NCBI RefSeq assembly: GCF_001194135.2
Contig: NC_068985.1
Span: 8,247,475-8,291,854 of the forward strand
From: Octopus bimaculoides
Taxonomy: Eukaryota
Reading direction: 5' to 3'
Length of the DNA stretch: 44,380 nt
The notes beneath the pieces were generated by a model. That model worked only from the letters and a program-made list of their open reading frames with translations. It was not told the DNA's origin and did no database searches. This document shows positions 43,361-44,380 of this stretch, one piece after another (position 1 is the stretch's first letter; every line of letters starts with the position of its first letter). Position numbers and translations under genes: made by a program.

Positions 43361-43719
43361 CAAAGACAGTTCTCATCTCTAAATCCAGATTATCCCTGAG
43401 TGCAACTACAACTCCTCCTTCCCCTCCAGGTTGGCTTGGAGAAATAAATTTCTCGTAGCCGTTTAGAAGGCGTGAAAAAGGCTGCAGCCCTCTCAGTCTG
43501 GTTTTGATAGCAACTATTAAATCCAAACTATGCGAGTTGATTTTCTTTTATTTCCTAATAAATAGGATACATAGAGGGGACGAACTAGGACAGACAAGGG
43601 GGAACATATAGATCGTTGAGCCTTTTTACAGATGATTTAACGAATGATTTTAACATGCGAATAATATATTATAATGTGATGATGTTATTGTTTTAAAAAT
43701 TTGATTACTTTTGGGTTGG

Positions 43720-44380
43720 TGGGGTGTCCCACTAACCCGCCGGTTGATTTTTTTTTTTTCGTTTTTCTTTTTCCATTTCTTTTCCTTCTACGCCCGGTCC
43801 GACCGTGTTGGCATGGCCCCTTGCATACACAACTTTCTTACGACATCCTTCCATCTTTTGGCAAATACTCTTTGCGACAAGATCCTCCTCTCCAGACGGA
43901 TCTTGGAAACAAGATGGGCGGTGAAGTAGTTCACCAGCCCTCGTCTGGAGATGAATTGTCCTGTCGCAATTCCTTCCGAGCGCCTCTTCCATACCCTTTC
44001 TTTCAATATGGTTATTACGTAGAGAAATGCTGCCTTCCTCTCTTTGGAAAAAGAAGAAGGCGGTACCATCTTAATCATGGATTCAGTCGAGAGTCGTACT
44101 CTTTCTGTATCCGACATCAGCTGTTCGGCATAGGTTATCAAATCACTCACATTGAACGAAGGCGTGCGTCACCGTTTCACTGGCCCGCCCGCACCTCGGA
44201 CATGTGGGGGAGGTGTCACAACCGTGTCTTGACAATCTTTCCTGAACCGGTAACGCCGATCGGTAGCACAGCCAGGCCAAGGATTTCTGGTAATTATTCA
44301 GGAGTCCCGACCCGAAGGTCCTCCCGAACAGGCTGGTTAGCTGCCTCTTGTCGAAGCCCAGAGTCTCCCCCAGGACATCA
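43720..44380 (-). mobile_element. Tx1/L1-type LINE 3' end (continues beyond the window)
   Basis: YQKSLAWLCYRSALPVQERLSRHG...CPRCGRASETVTHAFVQC (RT-associated zinc finger), then KERVW...FAKRWKDVVR, followed by an A-rich tail near 43745-43775. Confidence 0.85.

Overview
This is a 44.4 kb AT-rich eukaryotic window from a draft assembly with seven N-gaps. It is almost entirely transposon-derived, and no host protein-coding gene can be called with confidence. The SINE repertoire, dense di/tri/tetranucleotide microsatellites and retroelement mix look like an octopus (cephalopod) genome; this is my recognition, not a database result. Content: (1) three abundant tRNA-derived SINE families, named A, B and C here (B carries a Nin/Deu-type central domain); (2) decayed LINE fragments from R4/Dong-type RLE elements associated with (TAA)n, Tx1/L1-type elements and one CR1/L2-type element; (3) Penelope-like (PLE) RT and GIY-YIG fragments; (4) DNA transposons: a full-length 1285-bp mariner with TIRs and TA duplication nested in a Dong LINE, a DD37D maT, a Tc1 fragment, a Charlie-type hAT mini-element, a Helitron deletion derivative and MITE-like units. 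All coding remnants are broken by stops or frameshifts. The most interesting signal is a ~290-nt element at 31909-32204 that joins an intact Pol III (box A/box B) tRNA-like head to a minimal type I hammerhead-ribozyme fold with a palindromic, dimer-type stem III; this copy has a U4C core change. Also notable are repeated use of (TAA)n tracts as landing pads, a site hit twice by SINEs at the maT terminus, and two weak candidate host exons near 4.2-4.7 kb.
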